Positions 12,061-23,913 of a DNA stretch of 64,000 nt are shown here, piece by piece. A program made the position numbers and the translations under genes. The stretch's first letter is position 1, and each line of letters starts with the position of its first letter. The notes beneath the pieces were generated by a model. It saw only the letters and a list, made by a program, of their open reading frames with translations. It was not told the DNA's origin and did no database searches. The DNA is from Ancylonema sp. (taxonomy: Eukaryota), in assembly GCA_050230475.1 (NCBI GenBank), contig JBFLGF010000150.1, forward strand, positions 1 through 64,000. Reading direction: 5' to 3'.

Positions 12061-15000
12061 ATGGCAGCTTCTCCTCAGCCGGCCCTGCAAAGTACACCGC
12101 CTTTCGCTCCCTGCCATCCAACCGGGCACCACCGTGTCACCCACCCTCCCACCCTCCCACCCTCCCACCCGCCCCAGCTGGTTGCAGAAGTGTACCCGCC
12201 CGCCATCTGAGAGGGCTTCATGCTCGGCCCGCCTGTGAGCAGGCCCTCCACGCTGCTGTACACCCCCAGCTTCAGACTCGCCTGAATCTCACCCACCACC
12301 CCTCACCACCTCAGCCCCCTGCCCTCCTTGCGCCACGTGGTGGCCTGTCCTCGGGCACCTTCTCGTCCAGAGCGCGGTCCATGAGCAGCGCCGTCTTGGT
12401 GAGCTTCTCCAGATGGGCTGCGTTGTCGTGGCGGAGGAGGAGGCGCACGCTGTACTCGCCCTTGCTCAGATGCACGGCCTTCGGGTACACGTTGCCCTGG
12501 GCCACCAGCTTCTGTGGACCCCACACCCACCCTCACTGCCACCTCAGCAGCGGGACAGACTGGGGTGGGGTCGCCCTGACCTTGTTGGTGTCGAAGATGG
12601 CGTAGTACTGCTGCTCCAGCTCGTTGTCGTACATGCGCCCGTTCAAGAGGGGGAGGCGGGGGGTGTAGTTGCCCCCCCTCGGCCAGCGCCACCTTGTACC
12701 TGCACAGCCCCCTCCCTGTCACCCACGGTGCGCCACGTGTCACGTGCAGATTGGAAGGGTGGTCACGTGAGAGTGAGGCCGTGGATCTGCCGCCCGTCCG
12801 GCAGCAGGTCCCTCTCCTGGCCCAACGGCTGAAGAACAGACTTGGTGGGCCGGAAGGAGCTCCGAACCTGCACCCCCCACACCTATCTCATCAGACCCAC
12901 CATCCCACCCTCCCACCCTCCCCCACCCTCCCACCCTCCTACCCTGTTCAGAACCGCTGCAGGCGCCAGCCGCTGCCCTGCAAACGGCGCAGTGACGTCC
13001 ACCCTCGTGCCGTTCGCGTTGCCGTCGATCACCACGCTCCGGCTGTCGGGCTGGAGACCCTTGAAGCTCAGCTGCACAGTGGCAGGGACAGTGGGAGGCA
13101 GTCACACCACTGCCCCCACCCCCACCGACCTCACCCCACCAACCTCGATGTGTGCGATCGCTGGGAGGGGGCTGCCCGACCCGCTCGACCAGAACTGGGC
13201 CAGAGTGACCTCGAGCGTGGCCCCCGCTGGCCCCCCCTCGACCGCAAAGGAGACGTGTTTGGGGGAGGGCGCCCCAAACTGGAGGTACGTCTTCAGCTCA
13301 AGGTGGGAGTTGCGGCGGCGGGGGAGGAGCTGCACAGTGTGCAGGAGGATCATGCGGGGGGTGTCCATCTCAGACAGCTGCACAGAGGCCTCTGCCCAGG
13401 TGGCGCCAGCGGGGACCTCCACAAACCGCCTCTCGATGTGACCGGGAGTGAAGCGGAGGGGGGAGAAGCGTTGGAGGGGCTGGCAGAGTGGGTGCGGTTT
13501 GAGCACAGTGATGGGGATGCGGAACACCGGGCCCCGCCACGGCGCCTCTAGGTCCACCGCCTCCACTTGCGCGAAGTGCAGCCCGGGGGGCAGATCGGAG
13601 GGGTCCACCCGCACGTTGAAGGTGCGGCCGTTGTGGGGGAGAAGGAGGTGGTCGGGCTGCTTCACCCACTCCACCCGGCAGCGCAAGGCCAGCTTGGCCT
13701 CGACCGGCATGCGCGCCTCCGCGGTGTCTGCCTGCTCCGGAAAGTGGGGGGCCACTGACACGCGCCATTCTGACGCGTGGAGGCACTCCTGGGGCTCCCT
13801 CAGGTACACGCCGCGCATGGAGGGGCCTGGGGGGGGGGGCGAGGGGAGAGGGTGAGGGGCACACAGGAAAAGGGGGGTCCAGGTGGGGGGCAGATCGCCA
13901 CCTGTCCCGCTGCTGTTGGAGAGGGTGAGGGAGAACCACATGTCGGGCAGATGCGCGCACCGTTGCATGTACTCGTACGCCCTGAGCAGCAACCGGAGAG
14001 CACGCGAGGATCAACATACAACATACCCGAGGACACCATGCCACCTCAGCTTTGCCCACTTGTCCACTTGCAGCACCCCCCGCCCGGCAGACAGCTCGTC
14101 CTCCGGAGCCTCCCCCACAGGCGTGGCGGTCACCTCCAGTGCCGCACGCACGATGTGCGGAGTGGCAGCCCTCCCCTCCGCCTTGAGGGCGCTGAGCAGC
14201 AGCGCGATTCCACCGCAGGCAGCGGGGGAGGCCATGGAGGTCCCGTTCATGAGCTGGCGCCTCTGGAGGGTCCAATGAGACACGGGTGCCACTGCTCCCC
14301 CCGGGGCGCTCAAGTTCACCCCCACGTCACCGTCGGGGGTGGGCCCGCGGCTGCTCCAGGTGTACTGGAGACCCTCAGAGGGGGGTTCGACCACGGAGTG
14401 GGCGGAGGAGGCCATGGCGGGGGACACGTAGGCGCCGATCCCGAGGATGGCTTCGCTGGTGCCACCTGGCGCTCCCACAGTGGTCAGCGCTGGCCCGTTT
14501 TGCCAGCGCTGCTCACAAAAATGACGCCGTGTTTGTGGAACCACCTGCAAGGGGACAGGTGTCATCATGGCAGCCACAGGATGGGGATGGGCAGGAGGGC
14601 AAGACCGCTGACCTCATTGGCGAGCTGGATGAAGCGGCCGTAGTTCGACACAGAGGTCGGCTCCCCGTAGCTCATGTTGATGAGGTCGCACTTGTTCTAC
14701 ACCCACACGCATGGAAGTGGGTCCCGCATCTCTCATCGCCCGGTCTCATCATCCTGCGCGGGCGTACCTCTAGGACTGCCAGCAGGGCGCGGGTGAGACC
14801 GGTGCCGGTTTCCATCCCCTCCAGTCTCGAATCCCCGATTTTGCAGGACCCCAATTGCGCCCCCGGCGCCATCCCATTCAGCGCCGGCTCCTGCAGGCAT
14901 CCCCACCCACCCAGGAATGAGCGAATGAGCAAATGAGCGAATGAGCGAATAAGCGAATGAGCGAATGAGCGAATGACCGGCAGGAGCGGGGAGAAGAGAC

Positions 15001-17096
15001 GCCCCCCCCCCCCCCCCCTTTTTACCTCCGGGTGATGTGCTGCTGTGATCCCTGCCACGTGCGTCCCGTGGGCGCTGCTGTCCACCACAATGCTCAGAAC
15101 AGCCCCCTCCTCGTAGATATTCACCGCGTAGTTGCACGCGTCGACCGCGCTCAACGTTCCGTACTGACGCTCTGCACTGCGATACGGACGCAGAGATGAT
15201 GCTGCCTGCCTGCATCTTTGCATCTTTGCATCTGTGCATGCGAGGGGTGAAGGCGGTGGTGCTGTACCGGAAGTTGGTGATGGGGGTGTAGTCCGCCAGC
15301 CGCCCCCCACTCCCCTCCATCTCCATCTCCAAGTCTTGGGTGTCGAGAGCAGCCCGCCAGCAGTGCCCATCGTGCCACACCACCGCATCCAACACGGGGC
15401 CAGGGTCGTCATAGTCCGGAGGGAGGGCGGAGGGGAGAGGGGGGGTAGTGAGGTGGATGTGGTAGCAGACGCGTGCGAGGAGGGACTGGGGGGAGACCCA
15501 CTTCAGCCATATTCTTGAGCATGTCGACGCGCACTTGCAAATCGTCGCGGACAAGATCGTCCGCGGATTTCGGATGATCCTACAGGCGCTCACGCAGACA
15601 AGCACACGCGATGAGCTGGCAGGGTCGCCTCCCAGACGTGGACACCTGTCCTACCACATCGTATGAAGCCACGTCAGCCATGGCTTTGGTGACTAGCTCC
15701 CGCTGCTTGGCACTCCATTTCTTCTTCCTCTCTGCCTGTGACAGCCCAGCGCCGACCGAGTCAACCAGAGCGCCACCTGGCACCCACCCCCAGCGACAGA
15801 GGAGGGGGGCTCACCGATACTCGCTTCACAAGCTGCCCCGGGAAGAGGTCGAAGACGTGTTTGAAGCCTACGCGCCATTGGCCAGAGGGGTTGGCCCATT
15901 CCCTGTTCACTTGCAGTTTGGCACCTGGGAACGCGCTTGCAAAGAAAAAGTCAGGCAGGGGTGCAGAAAACAACCAAAGACGAGTACGGATGCGGGTACC
16001 TGAAGCCCCTGTGAGAAATCCCTCGGCATCCACCTTCCCCTCTGTGGACGTGTCGATGTCGCCACTGCCAGTGCTGCGAGGTGGAAGAAGGGAGGGTGAG
16101 GAGGGGGAAAAGGGGGAGGAGCTGAAGGGAAGAGGGGGTCACCAGTCCAGCACATCGATGATTTTGGGCTTGCCATCTGTCGTGATTTGCAGCCCTGAGG
16201 CTCCAGGATCCACTCCTGAGTCTGCAGCCACGCAATGTCGATTGAGAACACGGTATAACGAATCTCCGTTTGAACATGGATTCAAACACACTGGCATGCG
16301 GTTCAATTGCAACAAGTGAACCAATGTCGCAGTAAATGTTTACGACCTTGTGCACGTCTGAACGAGGACACCGTCGCAATGCACTACTATATCTGTGCTC
16401 AGACGTGAAGGTTGCTCTTGTTTCGATGAGGACCCGATAAAGATCAATGTTTCTGCAGGTACCGTGCTCCTACGCCACAGCTGAAGCAGCGGTTCAGACA
16501 GAAAACATTTCCATGAATTGGCAATCATGGCAGCAACGAGCTGACACTGTGAGACGGTGTATCGTTTCCGATTGGCGCAAAGATACTGCCGATGGCAGTC
16601 CGCAGTCGCTCACGTGCATCTGAATCAGCGCTCTTGGTCTCCCTACAAACGACCAAAGTCCAGCACAGAGTTCCGCCCCCTTCTCACCAAGGATCGCGAT
16701 GACTACTCCTCTCCCATCGCTTTTTGGGTGGTCTTGAAGAAACCGTTTTGCCCCTATCTCCTCCTTGGGCATTAACCCCTCCAGAAATGCAAGCATGGTG
16801 GCTGAATTCCCGGAAACATCGCCCGACTTCGACGCGGACGAGGGCAACCCATCTTCTTCGCCGCTCATTTCGACGGATGTTCGACCGGGGAGAAAATATG
16901 AGCCTGAAATCTTGACCCGCAGATCAGAAGCTTTCCGGTTACGACCAGATATTCCTGAGCGTTTGTGCTTGTGTGGGACAGGGAGAGCTACCGGTAGTCG
17001 TGATCCAACTAGATGGGAGCTGTTGGAAAGAGGTGCTGAATTGGACCAATGCAGACTACCTCTACACGCCATGTATGTGCAAAGCACTGCTCTCAT
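12061..17096 (-). CDS. TPP2: Tripeptidyl peptidase II (subtilase S8), 3' end truncated by the N join; several apparent frameshift errors
   Basis: [55 protein letters not shown] (Asp), [10 protein letters not shown] (His), [14 protein letters not shown] (Ser), [34 protein letters not shown]. Many GT-AG introns. Start Met tentative. Confidence 0.95.
14914..14975. repeat. (GAATGAGC)~7 octamer repeat in a TPP2 intron
   Basis: Direct reading, with two variant units. Confidence 0.9.
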
Positions 17097-18229
17097 AGAA
17101 ATGAACGCAGTGAATGCACGACTCCCATGTACTTCCGCCTGATTTCTGTGTTGTGTACGGACGTGACTGACGTGACGAAGGAAACCTTCGTCACATTGAC
17201 TGTACGAAAAGTTGACAAGTTGCACTCTGGGGTACCAATCAGTGCCAAAAATGAACTCCTCTCGCAAGCACACGTGGAACAACATTCATTTAGTGCTGCG
17301 CCGTACAGACGTATAAAATTGGAAGATCCCGGTCTAAAGAGAACGACTTCTGGCCTGTCCAGGCTTACAGTTGATCCATCGACACTGCCAACTTCCACAC
17401 AAGAAATAATGTCAAACTCGTTTCGATTTATCCTTATCGATTCAGCGCTTGTGAAGAGCTGTTGTCAGACCCTGTGCGGCCCCTGATTCAGAGAATGGCA
17501 TGATGCGGCAGGAAGCGTCCACAGCACACCATGTACATTGAGGTCCACCACCATCGACACTTCAATCGATACACGCATATGTGCAGAGAAACGCTAGACC
17601 AGCCAAAAAAAATCCAGAAAATTTAAAATTGTACAAAAGTAGTCCATGCTTTACAACGTCAGACTCGTTGTCTGCGTGCGGCACATTCCACTGAATTGCA
17701 TATTATATCAAGTAGAAGGAAATTGATCACCAGCGCGCACTGTCAGAAATAGCGACCCAGTATATTCCTTCAGCAGCAGCAGGGGACGATAGATATGGGT
17801 GACTTTGGAGCGCTTCTAGGGGCGCAGTTGGCTGCTGTGTGGCAATTTTCTGGTATGGACATCAAGGTAAGCCTGTAAAAAGACAGTCTTGAATGGTTGT
17901 GTCAGAAACACATGCTGCTGTTTGCGTCAAAATCTGGTGCATCGCGGTGTGCCAGCATGTCGTTCTGAAGGTCACATACTCATGTGCGTGTCTATCTCTT
18001 CGCAATTTACCAAATTTCGTACTTGCATGTTTGGATATTCAATTTCAGGTTACGACAGAGACCAATTGATATCAGTAACTAGAACAGTCACTTCGACCGG
18101 CTCGCTCTCACTGCTTTGGAGACATAGAATACGGAATCCATAAACATCTGAGACCACCTCCCTGCAATTTTCTGCCTTTTGAGCTCGTGTCAGATAGAGG
18201 AGCCTCGCAAAGGATGTGAGACCGCTGAC

Positions 18230-20480
18230 ACGGACCGCTTCACAGTGGTGCTCCCTTGCTGCCACGAACTCCTGAGATGTGCGTCATCCCATCGCGTCCG
18301 CATAGTCTGCATAGTGGTCTCACAGGATGGCCTGGTCGGTGCCCTGCAGGGAATGTGATCTACAATGCGGACCTTCCCGACCAGCCCCCCGATTTCATCT
18401 TTTCCGCTCACGACGACTACTTCAACCCTCTCCTCACCCCAGGGGAAGGGGGAGCAGACCTCCAATCTCTGTACCAGGGGTGGACATTGACAGACTCGCA
18501 GCTGCTGCTCCGACTGCTGCTCCTCCTCAGGTGGGCCTCTCTGCTTCCCCCTCACAAGGAATTTGGGGTTCTGAATCCCCGTATCCGTACACGGGAACAG
18601 GTCACTTTATGTCCGTTCCCAGCTGCTGCTGCTGGAGGGGGTGGAGGACCCCCGCGTGCACTTTGAGGTCACCAGCCTGGGGAAGCGGGAGGTGGGTCAC
18701 GGAACTCAACTGAGATGACAGAGTGGTCAGCTGCGCCTGATTTCTCACAGAGGATGTCGAGTACGGGGCTGGGGGATGGGGTCAGGGGATGGAAGTCTAC
18801 TTGGTTGGCGGTCAACAGCAGGCATGGCTTGGATTCCCTCCTCTCCCCCCATCCAAGCCTCAAGCCTCAAGCCTCAAGCCTCAAGCCTCAAGCCTCAAGC
18901 CTCAAGCCTCAAGCCTCAAGCCTCAAGCCTCAAGCCTCAAGCCTCAAGCCTGAGGACAGTGGGGGGGGTCCTTGTTGTGTGCAGACTCAGGAGATCCAGC
19001 TCTCTGTGCCCCTACTGGGTCTCGACTTCTCCCCTCTGGCGGACAGTATCGCCAGTCATCGCGGCACTCGGATAGACATGGACGCCCTCGACCACCCCAA
19101 CCTGCACCTTCTGGTACAGGGATGGTCATGCGTGGGTGTATTAGAGCTGAGTCTGGGAGGGGGGTGCCGCAGCTTGCCTTACCGGTGGCTAGAGGGGGTG
19201 GGGGAAAGCCTTCTCGACCTCAGGGGCTGCATCTGGCCGGGTCCCCCTCTGTGCAAGCAGCCTTGGCTCTTCTGGAACTGCAGCTCCCCCCCTACACACA
19301 ATCAACGTGAGAGCCGCGGGAGGGGAAGGGCACAGCACGGGTCGCCTGCCACTCACAGTTCGGGTTGTGGCAGTTACTTGGCTGACTATGTGGATCTGGT
19401 GGAGCGCCAACTGCTCGACCAGGTGGGTCCCTCCGATGCCCATCTGCCATAGGGTGGGAGTGAGAGGGGCGGGAGGGGGGTGTGCAGATAGCGGAGACCG
19501 GGGTGGCAGTGGGGAAGCGGAGGGACTTCATAACGGCTCTCGCGCCATCCATGGGCCGCCCGCTGGATACAGATACGGTAGGCTGGGGGGGCTGGGGGGG
19601 CCGGGGGCTGATGGCTTCAAACTGGTTGCAGTGACTCACGTTAGGTTCGAGGTGAGGTTCTTTGGTCGCAGGTCATGTTTCGGCGGACGACTGTGTTTGT
19701 GATAGGAAGTAGAGATCTCGTCTTGGTGAGAAGCTCTTTTAGGAGCTATACAAACTTTTCTCATATCTGCCTCTCTTTTCTAATCGGTTTGTAGTCGCAC
19801 CCAGGTCCATGTATCGCTGCCAGCCGCCTTCCCTGCACAGGCCCCCTCCATTGTGCTCCAGAGCGCCCAGGCAAGCATCTGACCACACCAACTCATCTGC
19901 CCATCCCTCTCCTCAAATCGTGCGCGTTTGCGCGTGCAGCACTTTGATACCACGGGCCGCCCGTTGATCTCTCGAGTTCTGAATGGGTGCCCTTGGAGCC
20001 CGCGGTGGGAGGCCCAAGAAATGGTGACCAGGCTCTGGTGAGAGAGGCAGGCTGGTATCTCCCTCACCTCAAAAGGTCGAAGGCGTGAGCAGCAGTGGGG
20101 TGGTGTGGTGGTGCAGTTTATACGTAGCAGAGGAGAGCGTGGCATTCAGGCGCCTTTGTGCGGAAAGCGTGCCGCGGAAATAGTTTGAATGGAAGCATGC
20201 ACTCTCGGCTATAATTATGTCGTCATGGTGCTTGCCGAGATTTCGTGATGGTATTTGGCAGTCATCGAAGTCCATGCACTCTTCAATTGCCACGTGCAAG
20301 TGAGTGTTTGTTGAAGATATGGAGAAGGAGGTGGATGAAGGTGGATGAAGAAGTTGATTGAAGAAATCGCATAAGCTCAAAGACAGTAGGACGACAAGTA
20401 CAGGGTCGCAACAACCTCAGCCCATATAGCATGGCGAGCAATAAGAATGTTTTTCTCCCGCTTCAAAGCACCCTATATAT
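18230..20480 (-). mobile_element. Degenerate L1/Tx1-like LINE ORF2 3' remnant
   Basis: Minus strand ~18490-18270 reads HPWYRDWRS...PAGHRPGHPVRPLCRLCGRD..(T/A)H, like the zf-RVT/CCHC tail of L1 ORF2. Stops and frameshifts throughout; no RT core seen. Confidence 0.55.
18854..18951. repeat. (CAAGCCT)14 heptamer tandem repeat
   Basis: Direct count. The homologous site at ~275-309 has only about 5 variant units. Confidence 0.95.
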
Positions 20481-21240
20481 ATATTGAGGAGAGTGAACTG
20501 CGATTGTCTAGGCTTCTCTTACTCACGCTATCTTGTTGTCTATTATCATGTAAACTTGCTAACAATTACAATGCTTGATTTCGAGACATTATTGTTATCC
20601 TTTCAATGACATGTTTCGGTCATCACCGGAGATTTGCTACTTCACCTTCGCTACCAGTAGCTTGTACCAAAATGAAAATACGGACATGGCAAATTTGAGT
20701 CATTCCCCTTCAATATTCTCCCATTCGATCAAAGGCACATAATGCACACGGCTCTTTTCAGCCGTGGATCCAGAGCAATTATTGCAACTGAGGCACACCT
20801 GATGAACACATCAAGTATGAATACATCAGGTGCACGAAGAGACACACACAAAAGCGATTCAAATGCATTTATGATTTTGTGGTTGTGCACATGTGAATGT
20901 GTTACATTATGAGTTTGTGTCCATATGCTATAAAAGTGAAGCCCACACCATGACTAAATGTTGTACGTGTTAACCATGGAGATGACAGAATTTCAATGCT
21001 CTCTCACATATGACACGAGTGACGTGTTTGATACGTATCAACTTTAAGTAGGGATCCTTCACTCGGGTGCTCGATTTTATCACGAGAAGAGGACTTTCTT
21101 CCCGATTTTTAATAATCTCCCAAATCCCTTCCAACCTCTCCAACCTGGATGGGGGAGACCCCAGCCCCCAGCCCGGGTCGGACCCAGCCCCCAACTCCCC
21201 GCTCCACATGATTTGGGGTTGCGCACAATGCTGGTACGTA

Positions 21241-21447
21241 CTACCAATGCCAGACGACCATTTTTTGTACCTTGGATACCCCATCTCCCCATCCGCGGGC
21301 CTTCTGCGGTAGGCCCGTCCCAATCCGCAAATTTCCACCCGATTTCTGTTTGACGTCAGAGATCGGGTTAACGTCCCCGGGCGGGCGGCTGGACGAGTGG
21401 GCGGATTGCCTAACCCTTCGTGTCATAGGCCTCAGGCCTCGGGGTCG
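21241..21447. mobile_element. ~207-bp structured insertion flanked by a CGTA direct repeat
   Basis: Present only in piece C relative to the reconstructed empty site ctggtacgt(a/g)gaattgcc. Contains nested inverted repeats. Confidence 0.55.
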
Positions 21448-21482
21448 CGTAGAATTGCCTTGAAGAATTGCCCTCAGCGTAA

Positions 21483-21663
21483 GAAGAACGGAAGAACGGA
21501 AGAACGGAAGAACGGAAGAACGGAAGAACGAAGAACGGAAGAACGGAAGAACGGAAGAACGGAAGAACGGAAGAACGGAAGAACGGAAGAACGGAAGAAC
21601 GGAAGAACGGAAGAACGGAAGAACGGAAGAACGGAAGAACGGAAGAACGGAAGAACGGAAGAA
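21483..21663. repeat. (GAAGAACG)~22 octamer tandem repeat
   Basis: Direct reading, with one 7-bp variant unit. Confidence 0.95.
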
Positions 21664-21834
21664 AATATGAATGGGGGACAGTGGAGAACGAGGCGCCTCG
21701 TGCGAATAGCGAGGCGCACTGTTAAGTGGTGTAGATGCCATCGTGCAATCTAATTTCGTCAGGGCCCTGTCAGACTTTGATATTTTTAAAGAACAAGTAG
21801 CTCCCTGCCTCATCTATTACGATACGTGCAGGCC

Positions 21835-23055
21835 ATGGCGTTGCAATACACTCTTGAACTTCTCACTCCAACAACCTCGATCTGTCAGGTTGAGCTCTTA
21901 TTCAAGACCGTCTTGCTGTCGAAAAATCCAAATATGTCCCCTTGCTGGATTGATCTGTGAAAGCACCAGATAAAACACCACTCGTACAGACGCCAGTACT
22001 GAAGTCACTGAGGCAGCAGATGATGGCAGATGGGGCTTGAGTCAAATAAATGGGGACACATCATGTACGACTGCCTGTCAGATGGGCGTTTCATACAGTG
22101 CACTTAGAAGAAGAGAGACAGATGAAGAAACAAGGACGATTTGTAATCCCCGCAGACTGAATCGATATTTCCTCATAGATGACGCAGAGGCAACTGGATG
22201 TGGAATGAAGTCTGATTGTCCCGTCATCGTTTCCTTCCTTATCTGCAGAAATCGGAACGTACACTGCGGCGCTCTTGCCTGCACCCTTGCTCCTCCAGCG
22301 ATCACAGAAAACGAACCGACGACCTCTTTCGGTGCACAAAAGTTGTCGGAACTGCCGGCCGCGTGGTGCCGAATGCCACATCAACAACTCAGGCACCAAT
22401 TTCAAGTGATGCTGGCAAGTAAAGGTCTTCGGGTCCTCCGGGAATCTGACCGGAGCTACTGCTTTGTCTTCTGATTGTTCCGGATAAAGCCGCATCTGAA
22501 ATTTCCAAAATGACTTTCTCTCTGCTGCAGGTTCAAGTGAGGCGGGCATTCTAGGCATCCACCACACAGGACTGCTGTGCGCCAATCTGGAGCGGTCATT
22601 GGAGTTTTATTGCGGGGTGCTGGGTAAGGAAGAGGCGGACCTCCGTGTACCAGCAACATCTTCAGCCTGACTTCTCTTGTGCAGGTCTAGAGTTGAACGG
22701 AGACCGAGCGGCCGTCAAATTGTCCTTTGACGGCGCATGGCTGTGGGTGGGCCCTCAAATGATCCACTTGATGGAACTCCCCAATCCGGATCCCACAACT
22801 GGCCGCCCTGCACACGGCGGGAGGGATCGGCATGCCTGCTTCGCAATCAAGGATGTTCAAATCTTGAAAGCCCTCCTTGACAAAGCAGGTGAGTGATATT
22901 AGTTGGGTCCTGGTGTGGTGGAGGTGTGGCAGGCTTCAATGCGGAGGGCTTCTGGGCGGGCAGGGCTGGAGTATACGATGAGCAAGTCGGGGCGACCAGC
23001 TGTGTTCACACGGGACCCTGACGGGAATGCTCTCGAGTTTCAACAATTCTCCTAG
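21835..23055 (+). CDS. VOC/glyoxalase-I-like protein, copy C; 5' exons tentative
   Basis: Same spliced core as 4365-5581; ends EFQQFS* (TAG 23053-23055). Confidence 0.88.
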
Positions 23056-23913
23056 GGCGGGTTCAAGAGGTTATTAGGTGCCAAGTTACACTGTCAAAGG
23101 TGGCCGAGGAGAAGGTTTACAGTGTAGAGATGGTGTGAGACCACGGACTGTACTCGTGGTATCGCATGACAGCATGTGACTCGTATGATAGGATGTACAT
23201 ATTCATGAAATTTGATAAATTTTTATTTGACATGTGACCACAATTGTGTCCCATACCAATTGACGTTGTAGGCAAGGTTAGCTTGTTATCGAGGTCGAGA
23301 TGTTACTTCTCACGTGTGTGGTCACAATCGCTAGCCTTCAAGACACGACGGTGCCGCTTTGTTGGTTCGACCGGACGAATCACGTCAAAGAGGGTGTTCA
23401 ACCCACTATGTGTATATTTGTGGGAAAGAATCACACCATGCAGTTTGTGCGCGGAATAAAGCTTGATAAGCCAGTGCATTGGCTCCAATTTAAAAGACAG
23501 ATCCTCCATCTCGATATTCAGGCAACAGTCAAAGGATGCACAGTGAGCATACCCTCGATCGCCAGAGTATGGCGTGGCTCGAACATATTTGTGCCAATAT
23601 CTTGAGTATCGAATCTTGAATCACTCGTTTCCGAGTGTTACACGCATTATATGAGAGCATGTACCAGAAGAGTCAGTTGCCGGACATGAATCCAATGATG
23701 ATCGTGCACTTGTTAATGAGCGCACCGAAGTCAGGCAACCTTACCTTGAAATTATCATTGGTGTTATCTGTGTTGAGCCACGAAAACACTGCTCGACGCG
23801 TAGGATTTGGGTATGAAGCGAACGCGGTAGATATATACAAGAGGGTCATACTCAGCACCGACCATTTCCATTGTCAAAAGAACCACCAAATATACCATGG
23901 TCAAATTTGGTGC

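Noticed and set aside
12694..14936. Long plus-strand ORFs (285, 288, 216 aa), and similar minus-strand ORFs over the kinesin and F-box genes
   Set aside because: Antisense shadows of GC-rich coding exons; no recognisable domains.
12061..16200. Introner-type mobile introns
   Set aside because: The short introns share no sequence family, TIRs or TSDs by eye.
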